A stretch of 64,000 nt of DNA from Phormidium sp. GTDB lineage: Bacteria > Cyanobacteriota > Cyanobacteriia > Cyanobacteriales > Aerosakkonemataceae. The notes beneath the pieces were generated by a model that saw only the letters and a list, made by a program, of their open reading frames with translations, searched no databases and was not told where the DNA came from. Position numbers and translations under genes: made by a program. The stretch covers positions 1,472,001 to 1,536,000 of the forward strand of contig CP143273.1 of NCBI GenBank assembly GCA_051013385.1, read 5' to 3'. Below are positions 49,704-58,860 of this stretch, one piece after another (position 1 is the stretch's first letter; every line of letters begins with the position of its first letter).

Positions 49704-52526
49704 CTAACGTTGAACAGAATTTTGCCTTTTCAAAACAATTCTTTCCCCATAATTCAGCAACCTTTCCAAACTAGCTAAACGATTATTCCAAGTTTGTACC
49801 TGATAGTTATTTTTCATCGAATGTAATCGCATCCAACCACTAAATTGAAAGCGAAACAGTGTTAAAGCTTTCTTCGCCGCATCAAAATTACTCGCATTTG
49901 GTTTTTCAGCTAACCGATTGAATACTTTTAAAAGTTCCGCGCTTTGGGTGTTATATTGCGATCGATCTGACGGCGACATCAACAATTGATTTGAACTTAA
50001 CAAAAAGTTCCATTCTCGCTGAAGAATTGTTACCCGATTTGCTGCTGCTGCAAAAGGTTGACGCAAAGGGAATGGTTCTTTATTATCCCGTCTAACAGTT
50101 GCTTGAGTGCGGTTAAAAATTAAGAGCAAACTATTACTCAAATGCTCCATTGCAAACAAAGCATAACCGCCATTGGGGGAATCTCTGACTAATTGAATTT
50201 GATCGATCGCACTCAATTCTGGTAAATTTAAAAGTAAAATTCCCGGTAAAACTAAAGTTCCACCCAAACTATCATTAACTAACCAAGGTTGCGCCAATTC
50301 TTGAAAACGATTCGTATCTTGAGCATAAGCCATTGGTAAAATTAAATCCACATCACCTCGCCGCGCCCAAACTTCCCAATGTTGCTGCAAACTTTGAATT
50401 CTTTGGGCTTCGGGATAGCCAAAAACCGCCACCGATAAAATTAAATCAGAGCGTTTTTGGCGTAACATTTGGGCAACTTCCGCGACAAAAGAATTAACTT
50501 GCTCAGTGCGAAACTCAGTCCATTTTTGCCAAAGCGGACTATTAGGAGTAATATTAATTGGATCGACACCAGTTAATTGTTGAAATTGCTGTCTTGCTGC
50601 TCCCCCATAACCATAAATAAATCCCCTTTGGGGATCTTGAAATGGGTAACGAATGTAATCTAATTGCAAACCATCTACTTTATAGCGGCTAACAATTTCC
50701 TCAAATAACTTTAGTAAATAACGTCTTGCTTCGGGATTTGCTGGGTCTAAAAATGGCTTAGTTTGTCCTACCGGAATAATGTTACCTTGGCGATCGTAAT
50801 TTGCCCAACCTGGATTAGCTGTTAATACAGGGCCAAGATAGTCTTGTGGTTGATTTAAAATGGTATTGTGGCGTTGATTCCCGATCGCAAAAGTCCAAAC
50901 CCAAGCGTGTAACTCCATCCCCCGTTCATGTGCCAATTTAACCGCCGCTTCCAACGGGTCCCAACCTTTAGTTAAAGGGTTTTGTTCCGGTGCAACTTGA
51001 CTCGGATAAATCGGATAACCAGCATTAACAACTTCAAAGAAAACTGTATTAATTCCTGCTTGTGCTAAACGATCAAAAACCTTAGCTAAACCCTGTTCTG
51101 AACCAGCTTGAATAATCGTACCTCTATCTAACCAAATTGCCCGAATTTCGGATTTTTCCACCAAGCGATCGAGCGGGTACAAATTCCACAAATTAGCCCT
51201 GGTTTTTAACCATTGACTTCGCGCATTACCATAGTCTCGATTAGCAATTAATCCCGGCAAAGATTGCAAAACTTCTCGCGCTTGTTGTAGCGTATTCGCT
51301 GCTGATAATTGATTATTAGTTAACCCAGTAGCAGCAACCGTAGTCGCAGTATTTGTAACTTGCCCCTCTGCAATTCTTACTGAATTATTAGCAGCATTAG
51401 CAGTTAACAAAGCACTCTCCACCCTACCAATTAAATTTTCTAACTCTTGGCGCATGGCGATCGCCTCCGACGGCGAAATCGCCTCCCCCCCAGGCGCAAC
51501 CCGAATCCCCGCCGCCGCAACCCTTTCCGTAGGGTCAGGCATTGGCGGTTGGGGATTGGTGACTGGCGACTGGGGACTGGGAACTACTGGAACTACTAGA
51601 GATTGAGGATTGGTGACTGGCGACTGGCGGCTGGGAACTACTGGAACTACTAGAGATTGAGGATTGGTGACTGGCGACTGGGGACTGGCGACTGGCGTTG
51701 GCGGATTGGGAACCTGACGAGTTGCCGGAGTCACAACAGACACCTCCCCTCTGCTCCTCTGCTCCCCTGCCCCTCTGCCCCCCTGCACCACAGGCGCAAC
51801 CGCAACTGGCACGGCATTAGGAGAAACACAATTTCCCACAGTAGCGGTAGATACACCACTTACAGATTTAACACCGTAGCGATTCAGGGCTGATTTCAGC
51901 CAAGCTAAATCTGTTTGGACATTTGCCACCGCATCCACACCCCAGCGCCAACCGAAAAAAGTTGTTTGGTTAGTATTGACAACTGCTGGAGGACTATCCT
52001 TAACTGACCAAGTAGCGGCAGTTTGACTCCCCAAAGTTGTGGGAATCACTACTCCCCCGTGAACCGTGCCCCGAAGCGAGGATTCAGAATCTTTTTGCTG
52101 ACCTGTTCTACTAGGTTTCAACGTCGAAGGTTCCGAAAGCGGAAAAGCCCAATAAGCGCCCAAAACACCGCGCAACATTTGGCGCACTTCTGGCGCAGAA
52201 AGATTACCAGCAGGCCCACTAACAATTAAGCGACCGCCTTTTTTCATCCATTCCGTAAGTGCGATCGCCTGTTGTGGTGATAAACTTTCCACATTCGGCA
52301 AAAATAGCACCTTCGTCCCCCTCAAATCAGTAGCTTGCTGCACGCTTTGCAAATCCACCACACAATAAGCCACACCACTCTGATTCAACCGATTAGTAAT
52401 CCCCATCCATTGCGTAGCATTATCCCCACTCCGCACCACGCCTAAACTCACACCTTCCGCCAAAGCAGCAGAAGAGAAAAGGCACAAGGCAGAAGGCACA
52501 AGGCAGAAGGAAAGAAATTTCCTCAC
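49704..52526 (-). CDS. exported family 10-like glycosyl hydrolase (GHL10/DUF187)
   Basis: Signal peptide ending ALA, EIRAIWLD, GINTVFFE, ELHAW, DGLQLDYIRYP, PMAY. Confidence 0.88.
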   Translation of the reverse strand: MRKFLSFCLVPSALCLFSSAALAEGVSLGVVRSGDNATQWMGITNRLNQSGVAYCVVDLQSVQQATDLRGTKVLFLPNVESLSPQQAIALTEWMKKGGRLIVSGPAGNLSAPEVRQMLRGVLGAYWAFPLSEPSTLKPSRTGQQKDSESSLRGTVHGGVVIPTTLGSQTAATWSVKDSPPAVVNTNQTTFFGWRWGVDAVANVQTDLAWLKSALNRYGVKSVSGVSTATVGNCVSPNAVPVAVAPVVQGGRGAGEQRSRGEVSVVTPATRQVPNPPTPVASPQSPVTNPQSLVVPVVPSRQSPVTNPQSLVVPVVPSPQSPVTNPQPPMPDPTERVAAAGIRVAPGGEAISPSEAIAMRQELENLIGRVESALLTANAANNSVRIAEGQVTNTATTVAATGLTNNQLSAANTLQQAREVLQSLPGLIANRDYGNARSQWLKTRANLWNLYPLDRLVEKSEIRAIWLDRGTIIQAGSEQGLAKVFDRLAQAGINTVFFEVVNAGYPIYPSQVAPEQNPLTKGWDPLEAAVKLAHERGMELHAWVWTFAIGNQRHNTILNQPQDYLGPVLTANPGWANYDRQGNIIPVGQTKPFLDPANPEARRYLLKLFEEIVSRYKVDGLQLDYIRYPFQDPQRGFIYGYGGAARQQFQQLTGVDPINITPNSPLWQKWTEFRTEQVNSFVAEVAQMLRQKRSDLILSVAVFGYPEAQRIQSLQQHWEVWARRGDVDLILPMAYAQDTNRFQELAQPWLVNDSLGGTLVLPGILLLNLPELSAIDQIQLVRDSPNGGYALFAMEHLSNSLLLIFNRTQATVRRDNKEPFPLRQPFAAAANRVTILQREWNFLLSSNQLLMSPSDRSQYNTQSAELLKVFNRLAEKPNASNFDAAKKALTLFRFQFSGWMRLHSMKNNYQVQTWNNRLASLERLLNYGERIVLKRQNSVQR

Positions 52527-52615
52527 ATTTAACTCCTCACAGTAAATCAGTCATTAATCATTTAAAGTAACTAATAACAAATGACCAATGACAAATGACC
52601 AATGACCAATAACTA

Positions 52616-55276
52616 TTAACCCACAATTTCATTAACCGGAAACCTATCCATTAATTGCAAAGCGCGACTAGCATTTCGCTTAATAGAATCCGGCAAATTC
52701 GGCACATGAGGTATCTGCGAGAGAAAATCAAGAGTTCGGCGTAACATCCGCACCACATCTCCTTCATCTAAGCTTGTGTTTTCACATAGCTGCACCCACT
52801 CTATTCCCAAAGCCCATTGTTCCACAATCCCAATTAACTCATCTTCCAACCAAACAGGTAAAGCCACATTATGCCGCCTTTGCACTTGGAAAAGTTGCCT
52901 TCTAATTCCCCGTAAATTACTCAAAGCTTCTTGAACTTCCTCCGCAGGAATATATCTACTTTCCGAATCCGGGCGGGGTGTTTCTGTCACCAAAGCCGCC
53001 GCTGCTGCTGCTAAATGATGCGGGCCTAAATCATCCAATTGGTTCGACATTAAAGCCAATCCCAACCATAATTCATTATCTCCCCGAATCGCTGCCGCTG
53101 CTTGCCCTAACGGAGTAGGAGTTAATTCATCCAAGCAACCAAAGCTCTGTAAAATCAGAATTAATTCTAAAAATTCTTCCCAATGACGTTGCGATTCTTG
53201 GTCAAGTTTTTCTTGTAATAAGTTAATTTCTGTTTGCAGAGTAATCAACCGTCGATAACGTTTAATTAATGTCCCTGGATTACCCCATTGGAGAATCGGA
53301 TGATTTTCTAATTGCGCTTCTACCGCCTTGACTCGTTGATTTTGTGCCGCTACTTCTGGCGCTTCTTCAAGTGGTGATGGTAAAGGAATTAAACGTGCAA
53401 TTTCCTCAGTTTCTTCTGTACCTGTTCGCACACTACCAAATTTTATCTGCATTTCTGGTGGTAGCCCAGATAAATTATCTACCCTAGATAAGCGGGGCAA
53501 TTCAGCATGAAAACCCACTACATCATGAACACTTACCACATACCAACGGTTATCTTTACCCAAACAAATTAAATAAGGAGTTTGTCCGGGGCCGGGTTTT
53601 TTATTAACTAAAACTGCCGGGATAGGTGTACAAACAGGAACGTGCTTACCTTTAAGACTAAGAACAGTTCCGGCAACTGCAAAGGGTAAAGCGGCAGCAA
53701 TATCACTAGATAAAATATCAGCAGATTGTTGCTGTAAAGTTTTTAATAATTGTCTTTCTGCCTTCAATCTTTGTTGTAACTTTTCATAATTCCCGATTAA
53801 ATCAGGATTTACTTGCTGCATTTGATTTTGCAATTGTTCGGCTTCTTTTTGCAACTTCTGCACTGCTTTTCGATTCGGTTCTAAGTGCAATGTTGCTAAA
53901 TACTGCCCAAAGCTGCGTTCAATTAATTCTTTTGCTTCTTCTAAAGTGTGAGTTTGCAGCAAGTTCAAAACCATGCCGTAACTAGGGGTAAATTGACTTA
54001 CCAAAGGATCAGCTTTTGATGTTGCTAAATAAGCTGCTTCTTTCGCCCCTTCAAATGGTGTTTGTAAGGTTACAACATAGCCTCTTTTATCCATTCCCCG
54101 CCTACCTGCCCTACCTGCCATTTGCAGAAATTCGGAAGCGGTAAGTAATCTATGTCCTCTGTCAGTACGTTTGGAAAGAGTAGAAATAACTGTGGTTCTA
54201 GCTGGCATATTAATTCCAGCTGCTAAAGTTTCGGTGGCAAATACCACTTTAATTAAACCTTCTTGAAATAGTTCTTCGACAAATCCTTTCCAAGTTGGTA
54301 AAATTCCCGCATGGTGAGCAGCAATTCCCCGATACAAAGGTTCAACTTGTCCAACTCTTGCTGCTTCGGGATAACGGGCTAAAAATTCATCAATTCTAGT
54401 TTTTAATAGTTCTTGTTCTGTTTCGTTAACTAATGTCAATTCGGCTACTTCGGCTACTGCTTGGTCACAACCCCGACGACTAAAGATAAAGTAAATTGCA
54501 GGTAACATTTCCCGCTGGCGCAATTGATTCAAAATAAAGGGTAAACTGGGACTTTCAGGACGTTTACCGCTGGTTTGTTGTCCGCCTTTGGGTTTGAGGC
54601 GAGGGTTAATTTTGTTATTTTCTGGACCCAGTAGGGGAAATACGCCTTTGGGATTTCCGAAGTAAAATTCTAAGGGGATGGGGCGATAATCAGAGTAAAT
54701 TAAGTCTGTTGGCCCATGAACTTGACTTATCCAATCTGTTAGTTGTTGCGAGTTGGCGACGGTGGCGGAAAGTGCTACGAGTTGAATTTCTTTCGGGCAG
54801 TAAATGATTGATTCTTCCCAAACTGTACCGCGTTGGCGATCGTTCATGTAATGACACTCATCCAACACTACCGCTTCCACACCCACTAAAGATGTCCCAA
54901 CTTCCCCAATGGGAGTACCGTAAAGCATATTACGGAAAATTTCTGTCGTCATCACTAAAATCGGCGCATCCCGGTTAATTGAGGTGTCACCTGTAAGCAA
55001 CCCAACATTATGGTGGCCGAACTGTTGCCCAAAGTCACGCCACTTTTGATTGGACAAAGCTTTTAATGGTGTGGTGTAAAATACTCGACCGTTACCGTTG
55101 AGGGCGCGATGAATGGCATATTCGCCAATTAATGTTTTCCCGGAACCTGTGGGGGCACACACAACAACGGAACGACCTGCATTTAGAGATGCGATCGCAT
55201 CTAACTGGAATTTATCCAGCTGAAATGGGAAAATTGATTCTAAGTTGAGCGCTGCTGAAGTAGGGGAAGAAGTCAC
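52616..55276 (-). CDS. Ski2/HelY-like DExH RNA helicase
   Basis: APTGSGKT, PLKALSNQK, DECH, SAT, QMAGRAGRRG, C-terminal EGDVVR. Confidence 0.93.
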   Translation of the reverse strand: MTSSPTSAALNLESIFPFQLDKFQLDAIASLNAGRSVVVCAPTGSGKTLIGEYAIHRALNGNGRVFYTTPLKALSNQKWRDFGQQFGHHNVGLLTGDTSINRDAPILVMTTEIFRNMLYGTPIGEVGTSLVGVEAVVLDECHYMNDRQRGTVWEESIIYCPKEIQLVALSATVANSQQLTDWISQVHGPTDLIYSDYRPIPLEFYFGNPKGVFPLLGPENNKINPRLKPKGGQQTSGKRPESPSLPFILNQLRQREMLPAIYFIFSRRGCDQAVAEVAELTLVNETEQELLKTRIDEFLARYPEAARVGQVEPLYRGIAAHHAGILPTWKGFVEELFQEGLIKVVFATETLAAGINMPARTTVISTLSKRTDRGHRLLTASEFLQMAGRAGRRGMDKRGYVVTLQTPFEGAKEAAYLATSKADPLVSQFTPSYGMVLNLLQTHTLEEAKELIERSFGQYLATLHLEPNRKAVQKLQKEAEQLQNQMQQVNPDLIGNYEKLQQRLKAERQLLKTLQQQSADILSSDIAAALPFAVAGTVLSLKGKHVPVCTPIPAVLVNKKPGPGQTPYLICLGKDNRWYVVSVHDVVGFHAELPRLSRVDNLSGLPPEMQIKFGSVRTGTEETEEIARLIPLPSPLEEAPEVAAQNQRVKAVEAQLENHPILQWGNPGTLIKRYRRLITLQTEINLLQEKLDQESQRHWEEFLELILILQSFGCLDELTPTPLGQAAAAIRGDNELWLGLALMSNQLDDLGPHHLAAAAAALVTETPRPDSESRYIPAEEVQEALSNLRGIRRQLFQVQRRHNVALPVWLEDELIGIVEQWALGIEWVQLCENTSLDEGDVVRMLRRTLDFLSQIPHVPNLPDSIKRNASRALQLMDRFPVNEIVG

Positions 55277-55388
55277 ACACTAAAATCCAAATTTTATAAT
55301 GTAGATTAAATTCACTAATCTCCGATTCAATCAAAATGCTCTTTCTGATCGATCGTACCTGATTTTTACTTGAATCTCAAACGGTTAA

Positions 55389-55423
55389 ACCAGGTATCTT
55401 ACCCATCAACTAAGATACCTGGT
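55389..55423 (-). terminator. hairpin downstream of psb34
   Basis: ACCAGGTATCTTA/TAAGATACCTGGT stem followed by TT on the minus strand. Confidence 0.6.
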
Positions 55424-55467
55424 CATTCTCATGATTACTTTTAGTAATTAATTTTGCAACTGGAATC

Positions 55468-55647
55468 TTAGCTTACACTCGAAACCGAGAAGGCAACGAA
55501 AATTAAAGCACTTACCAGCACTAACGCTAACGCGCCCATAATAATGTAGTTACGCTTTTCTGCTTGAGTAGGAGGTGTGGCTTGGTAAACTTTGGGCTCA
55601 ACTGCAAAATTGTTTAAACGTCCGCCTTCTTCGGTTGTGTAGGGCAT
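55468..55647 (-). CDS. psb34: PSII assembly factor Psb34 (Ssl1498 family), 59 aa (not in ORF track)
   Basis: MPYTTEEGGRLNNFAVEPKVY plus a C-terminal TM helix. AAGGA SD. Confidence 0.9.
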   Translation of the reverse strand: MPYTTEEGGRLNNFAVEPKVYQATPPTQAEKRNYIIMGALALVLVSALIFVAFSVSSVS

Positions 55648-55799
55648 AGATTAATCCTTTATTAAACTTATTATTTATTGTAACAATACTTTGCAGATTT
55701 GTTTGTGGCGATCGCAGATTTTCTTAATATTCCCCGTTTGGGCACTGGGGACTGGGGACTGGGAAAGTTTTGAGTTTTGAGTTTTGAGTTTTGAGTTAA

Positions 55800-55927
55800 T
55801 AAGCTGTTACGCATTTAAATCACTTATTAACGAGTAGGGTGCGTCAGACGGTAAAGCCTTATATAGAAAGGAAAATATCTAAATCTGACGCACCCTACCA
55901 TAAGACTTTTAAATGCGTAACAGCTTA
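55800..55927. mobile_element. 128-bp MITE-like element enclosing a REP-like hairpin
   Basis: Perfect 20-bp TIR TAAGCTGTTACGCATTTAAA. Inner GTAGGGTGCGTCAGA/TCTGACGCACCCTAC. Flanked by STRR tracts. Confidence 0.75.
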
Positions 55928-55997
55928 AATGTCCCCTTGTCCCCTTGTCCCCTTGTCCCCTTGTCCCCTTGTCCCCTTGTCCCCTTGTCCTTCTGCT

Positions 55998-56834
55998 CTA
56001 ACTAATAGTACCTGTCAGGGGAGAACTAGCAACAGCATAAGATTTTACCGGAATGCGCCCAGCTAGGTAAGCTAGTCTTCCGGCTGTGGTTGCTAAATTC
56101 ATCGCTTTTGCCATTGCTGCGGAGTTTTGGGCTTGGGCTATGGCAGTATTAATTAACAAGGCATCTGCGCCCATTTCCATTGCAGAGGCGGCTTCGCTAG
56201 GCGTACCAATTCCCGCATCTACCACGACGGGAATTTTGGCATTGTCAATAATTATCTGAATATTAGCGGCATTTTTGATCCCCTGACCGGAACCAATGGG
56301 AGAACCCAAAGGCATAACGGTAGCACAACCCGCTTCTTCCAGGTATTTGGCTAACAATGGATCGGCATTAATATAAGGTAGAACGGCAAAACCTTCCTTA
56401 ACTAACTTCTCTGCTGCTTGCAAAGTGCCAATGGGATCGGGTAAAAGATACTTGGGATCGGGGATAACTTCCAATTTGACAAAGTTATTGTCTTCTTGCC
56501 CCAAAAGTTTCGCCATTTCTCGCCCTAACCGGGCTACGCGAATCGCATCTTCAGCGGTTTGACAGCCTGCGGTATTGGGTAACATCCAAATTTTAGACCA
56601 ATCCAAGGCTTCTGCTAGTCCTTCATGTCCGGGCGCGTTAGTTTGAACTCGTCTGACAGCGACGGTGACAATTTCGCAACCGCTAGCAATTACGCTTTGC
56701 TGCATTTCCGGGATGCTACGATATTTACCTGTTCCGGTCATTAGGCGAGATTTGAAGGTTTTTCCGGCGATGGTGAGGGGTTGATCTGCGATCGCTGCGA
56801 TCGAATCAATGTTAGATTTATCTAAAATTTGCAT
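55998..56834 (-). CDS. thiG: thiazole synthase
   Basis: [40 protein letters not shown] 56834 preferred. Confidence 0.96.
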   Translation of the reverse strand: MQILDKSNIDSIAAIADQPLTIAGKTFKSRLMTGTGKYRSIPEMQQSVIASGCEIVTVAVRRVQTNAPGHEGLAEALDWSKIWMLPNTAGCQTAEDAIRVARLGREMAKLLGQEDNNFVKLEVIPDPKYLLPDPIGTLQAAEKLVKEGFAVLPYINADPLLAKYLEEAGCATVMPLGSPIGSGQGIKNAANIQIIIDNAKIPVVVDAGIGTPSEAASAMEMGADALLINTAIAQAQNSAAMAKAMNLATTAGRLAYLAGRIPVKSYAVASSPLTGTIS

Positions 56835-56999
56835 TGCTAGATACAGAATTACTAAAAATATTGTGCAAAAGACTTGATCCAACTAGAATTAAATTAGCAT
56901 ATTAAATGTTAATTTAATATGGCAGTTATGCTGGATTTTTACCTGAAAACTATTTGAATTGAGTTTACATTTTCCCACCTTTTCCTAACTTATGTAAAG

Positions 57000-58124
57000 T
57001 TAATTTTCGGTAAATCTAGAATAGTGAAAATGACTCAAAAGCGGATTAGCATTTTGTTTTTCCAGCAAGTCACCAATTAATAAAGCAGTAATAGGAGCCA
57101 AAAGAATGCCATTACGATAATGCCCCGTTGCCAAAGTCAAATTTTCGTAGGCACTAGTTCCCAAAATTGGTAATTCATCAGGTGTTGCTGGACGAAATCC
57201 CCACCAAAATTCTAAAATTGGTAAGTTTTTTAATGGTGGATAAAGTCGAGTCGCTCCGCTGAGTAATTGTTGAATACCTGCGGCAGTGTTATCAGGAGTA
57301 AACCCAACATTTTCACTAGTAGCACCAATAACTATTCTGCCATCTTTTCGCGGCACAATGTAAGTTTCATCACCGAATAAAACTTGCTTTAATGGATGAG
57401 GAGAAGAAAGAGAGCGCACTGATAACATTTGTCCTTTTTTGGGGTAAACTGCGATCGGGCTAGCGAGTGCGTCAGCACTTATCGGCAATAACTCCTGCGT
57501 CCAAGCACCAGTAGCTAAAACATAGCGTTCAGCTTGCCAATCACCCCCCGTAGTTTTTACATATTTAATTCGCTGACTTTCCCGAACAAAATCTGTAACA
57601 GCAACCCCTTCTAAAACCTCAATTCCTAACTGTTGCGCCGCCATCCATAAACAATGAGCCAAAGCGCGATTATCCACCTGTCCATCATCAGGATACCACC
57701 AGCCACCCACAACTTCTGAACTCAAACCCGGTTGATGTTGCTGAATTTCTGATTGATTTAACCAAAATTGATTAGTTAGTAAATTATCCCCTGATTCCCG
57801 GCTGGTTTGCTCCCCTGCATGATAAACTGGAGCCAAAATTCCACAAGACCAATAACCCGTTTCTAAACCTGTAATTTCTTCTAATTTACCAATCCAATCG
57901 GGATAAATTGCCCGACTTTGTAAACACAAATCTAACATTGGGCTAGGGGGAATTTTTTCCGCTTGTGGTGCTAACATTCCCGCCGCAGCGTGAGTTGCTG
58001 CTTCCTGAAAATTCCTAGATAAAACAGTTACTTTCACGCTTCGCAATTTTAGTTCAATTGCCAAAGCAAGACCAACAATTCCCCCACCAATAATTAGAAC
58101 ATCACTTACTTTATTCATACTCAC
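57000..58124 (-). CDS. thiO: glycine oxidase
   Basis: IIGGGIVG, AAAGML, GFRP, GHYRNGILL. Directly upstream of thiG. Confidence 0.93.
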   Translation of the reverse strand: MSMNKVSDVLIIGGGIVGLALAIELKLRSVKVTVLSRNFQEAATHAAAGMLAPQAEKIPPSPMLDLCLQSRAIYPDWIGKLEEITGLETGYWSCGILAPVYHAGEQTSRESGDNLLTNQFWLNQSEIQQHQPGLSSEVVGGWWYPDDGQVDNRALAHCLWMAAQQLGIEVLEGVAVTDFVRESQRIKYVKTTGGDWQAERYVLATGAWTQELLPISADALASPIAVYPKKGQMLSVRSLSSPHPLKQVLFGDETYIVPRKDGRIVIGATSENVGFTPDNTAAGIQQLLSGATRLYPPLKNLPILEFWWGFRPATPDELPILGTSAYENLTLATGHYRNGILLAPITALLIGDLLEKQNANPLLSHFHYSRFTEN

Positions 58125-58142
58125 CGAATTAAATGTAACAAT

Positions 58143-58270
58143 GCAGAGGGGCAGAGGGGGAGAGGGGCAGAGGGGCAGAGGGAGATAACTTAAAATTTAG
58201 AACTTTCCCCCAACTCAAAACTCAAAACTCAAAACTCAAAACTCACCCACCCCCCAGTCCCCAGTCCCCA
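58143..58270. repeat. compound STRR-type repeats
   Basis: GGGGCAGA, AAACTCA and CCCAGTC runs. Confidence 0.85.
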
Positions 58271-58272
58271 AA

Positions 58273-58611
58273 CTATCCTTGCGGAGTCCAAACAGTTTTA
58301 TCCGCCTGCCCCCACATACCGTCAAACTTGGTTACTTGGACATCTCCTAAAACTTTAGTTTGACAAGCCAAACGCAAGTTTTTACTGGGAGAATGGGGAG
58401 GAAGTCCAAGGCGGGCTTTTTCTCGCCAGCTTGCTTCTGATACTTCCCCTTCTACCTTGACGGCGCAAGTGCCACAAGTGCCGATACCACGACAGTTCAT
58501 CATCGCAGCTTGACCATTGTACAGAGGAATGCCATTTTCCAGTAAAACTTTCCGCAAATTTGCGCCAGGAGCGCATTCATAAGTCTTTCCTTGGGCAGTT
58601 ACTTTTGGCAT
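58273..58611 (-). CDS. 2Fe-2S ferredoxin-like protein
   Basis: NCRGIGTCGTC...RLACQ. ATG 58611. Confidence 0.9.
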   Translation of the reverse strand: MPKVTAQGKTYECAPGANLRKVLLENGIPLYNGQAAMMNCRGIGTCGTCAVKVEGEVSEASWREKARLGLPPHSPSKNLRLACQTKVLGDVQVTKFDGMWGQADKTVWTPQG

Positions 58612-58860
58612 AGAGATTACCCTGAACACTTTATGAATATTTTTGCACTTCTTTACATCAGAGAGCACGATCGAGCTTACCCTTTTCCATAAATACAGAT
58701 GTAGGCTAATTGTTAGGTAAGAATTTACCCCTGATGGAAACTTGTTGCTCTAATTCTGGGAAAAGGGCAAAGGTGAAGGGGTAAAAGTTCTGGAAAATTC
58801 TTTTCCCTTTACCTTGTTTCAATTCATCAACCTTTTCTTTCTCATTTCATTCTTTAATCC

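Noticed and set aside
49525..49707. 60-aa ORF
   Set aside because: Translation of an intergenic inverted repeat.
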